Source of the DNA: Candidatus Saccharimonadales bacterium
GTDB lineage: Bacteria > Patescibacteriota > Saccharimonadia > Saccharimonadales > JBBQAJ01
Reading direction: 5' to 3'
Assembly (NCBI GenBank): GCA_038206875.1
Contig: JBBRAK010000005.1
Span: 385-64,384 of the forward strand
DNA: 64,000 bases
In this document: positions 63,596 to 64,000 of the stretch, piece by piece
Numbering within the stretch: the stretch's first letter is position 1
Layout: each line of letters starts with the position of its first letter
Position numbers and translations under genes: made by a program
Notes under the pieces: generated by a model
Told to the model about the DNA's origin: nothing
The model's input: the letters and a program-made list of their open reading frames with translations, nothing else
Databases searched by the model: none

Positions 63596-64000
63596 TTAAA
63601 ACTGGTTTTTGCCGTCAAAGAGTGCGGAGACGCTATTTCCGGTATAGATTGCAGAAATTGCACTTGCGATAAGTGGTGCTATAGAGAGCACTACAATTTT
63701 GTCAGATTGAGCAACTGGTTCCGAGGGCAAAGTATTTGTCACAATAACTTTCGTAAATGCGGACTTTTCTATACGCTCTAGCGCTGGGTCAGACAAAACA
63801 CCATGTGTCGCTACGCAGTGGATTTCTTTTGCTCCTTTTTCAGCCAGCAGATCTGCTGCCGCGCAGATAGTTCCACCAGTGTCTATCATATCGTCTGTAA
63901 TAACGCAGATTTTACCTTTTGCATCGCCCAGCAAATACTTTGCCTCTACGCTGTCGTTAACTCTAGTTGAACGTTGTTTGTGAATAATTGCCATTTCGCA
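63596..64000 (-). CDS. prs: Ribose-phosphate pyrophosphokinase, C-terminal part (gene continues beyond the window)
   Basis: It contains the PRPP-binding loop VITDDMIDTGGTI and the flanking AIIHKQR. The frame is open to the window edge. Confidence 0.85.
   Translation of the reverse strand, partial: CEMAIIHKQRSTRVNDSVEAKYLLGDAKGKICVITDDMIDTGGTICAAADLLAEKGAKEIHCVATHGVLSDPALERIEKSAFTKVIVTNTLPSEPVAQSDKIVVLSIAPLIASAISAIYTGNSVSALFDGKNQF

Noticed and set aside
1-64000. Alternative genetic code (UGA recoding, as in some CPR lineages)
   Set aside because: UGA is used as a genuine stop at many well-supported gene ends and ATGA/TGATG junctions (pilM, pilN, pilO, yebC). Conserved proteins align full-length without in-frame UGA.

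Overview
Compact, gene-dense bacterial chromosome segment of about 43-45% GC by eye. It uses the standard code: UGA serves as a stop, including at ATGA and TGATG gene junctions. The gene content suggests a reduced, monoderm, Patescibacteria/CPR-type (Saccharibacteria-like) genome, but this is inference only. I can support about 65 CDS and 2 tRNAs. Housekeeping blocks are rny-ymdB, tsaE-tsaB, recA-recX, yebC-ruvCAB, hrcA-grpE-dnaK...dnaJ, lepA, murJ, ftsH-tilS, a complete de novo UMP pathway (carAB, pyrB, pyrC, pyrD, pyrE, pyrF) with guaA and prs, and a 9.5-kb secretin-less type IV pilus operon (pilB, pilC, three pilin-like genes, pilMNO). Accessory content sits downstream of tRNA-Lys (22.7-29.8 kb) and at 38.1-42.0 kb. 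Main second-look items: (1) A three-gene cohesin/dockerin module has the parts list of a membrane-anchored tiered surface assembly, and a fourth cohesin paralog lies at 24.6 kb. (2) The heat-shock operon is interrupted. A decayed dnaJ 5' stub (MSKRDYYEVLG, with synonymous differences from the real dnaJ) sits after dnaK. Behind it lie an unknown 971-aa polytopic membrane protein gene and a full dnaJ with its own CIRCE. (3) Both tRNAs have scars: a tRNA-Lys 3' ghost split by an 88-nt insert, and an internally deleted tRNA-Pro ghost. A left-edge ORF reads into tRNA-Pro, and a run of perfect inverted repeats follows. (4) Two ATP-grasp ligases lie in tandem next to a GGDEF cyclase. (5) A recurring TATAAT-N6-7-ATG architecture suggests leaderless mRNAs, and it supports two ORFs that are missing or doubtful in the ORF track. 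No CRISPR array, rRNA or recognisable transposase was seen.
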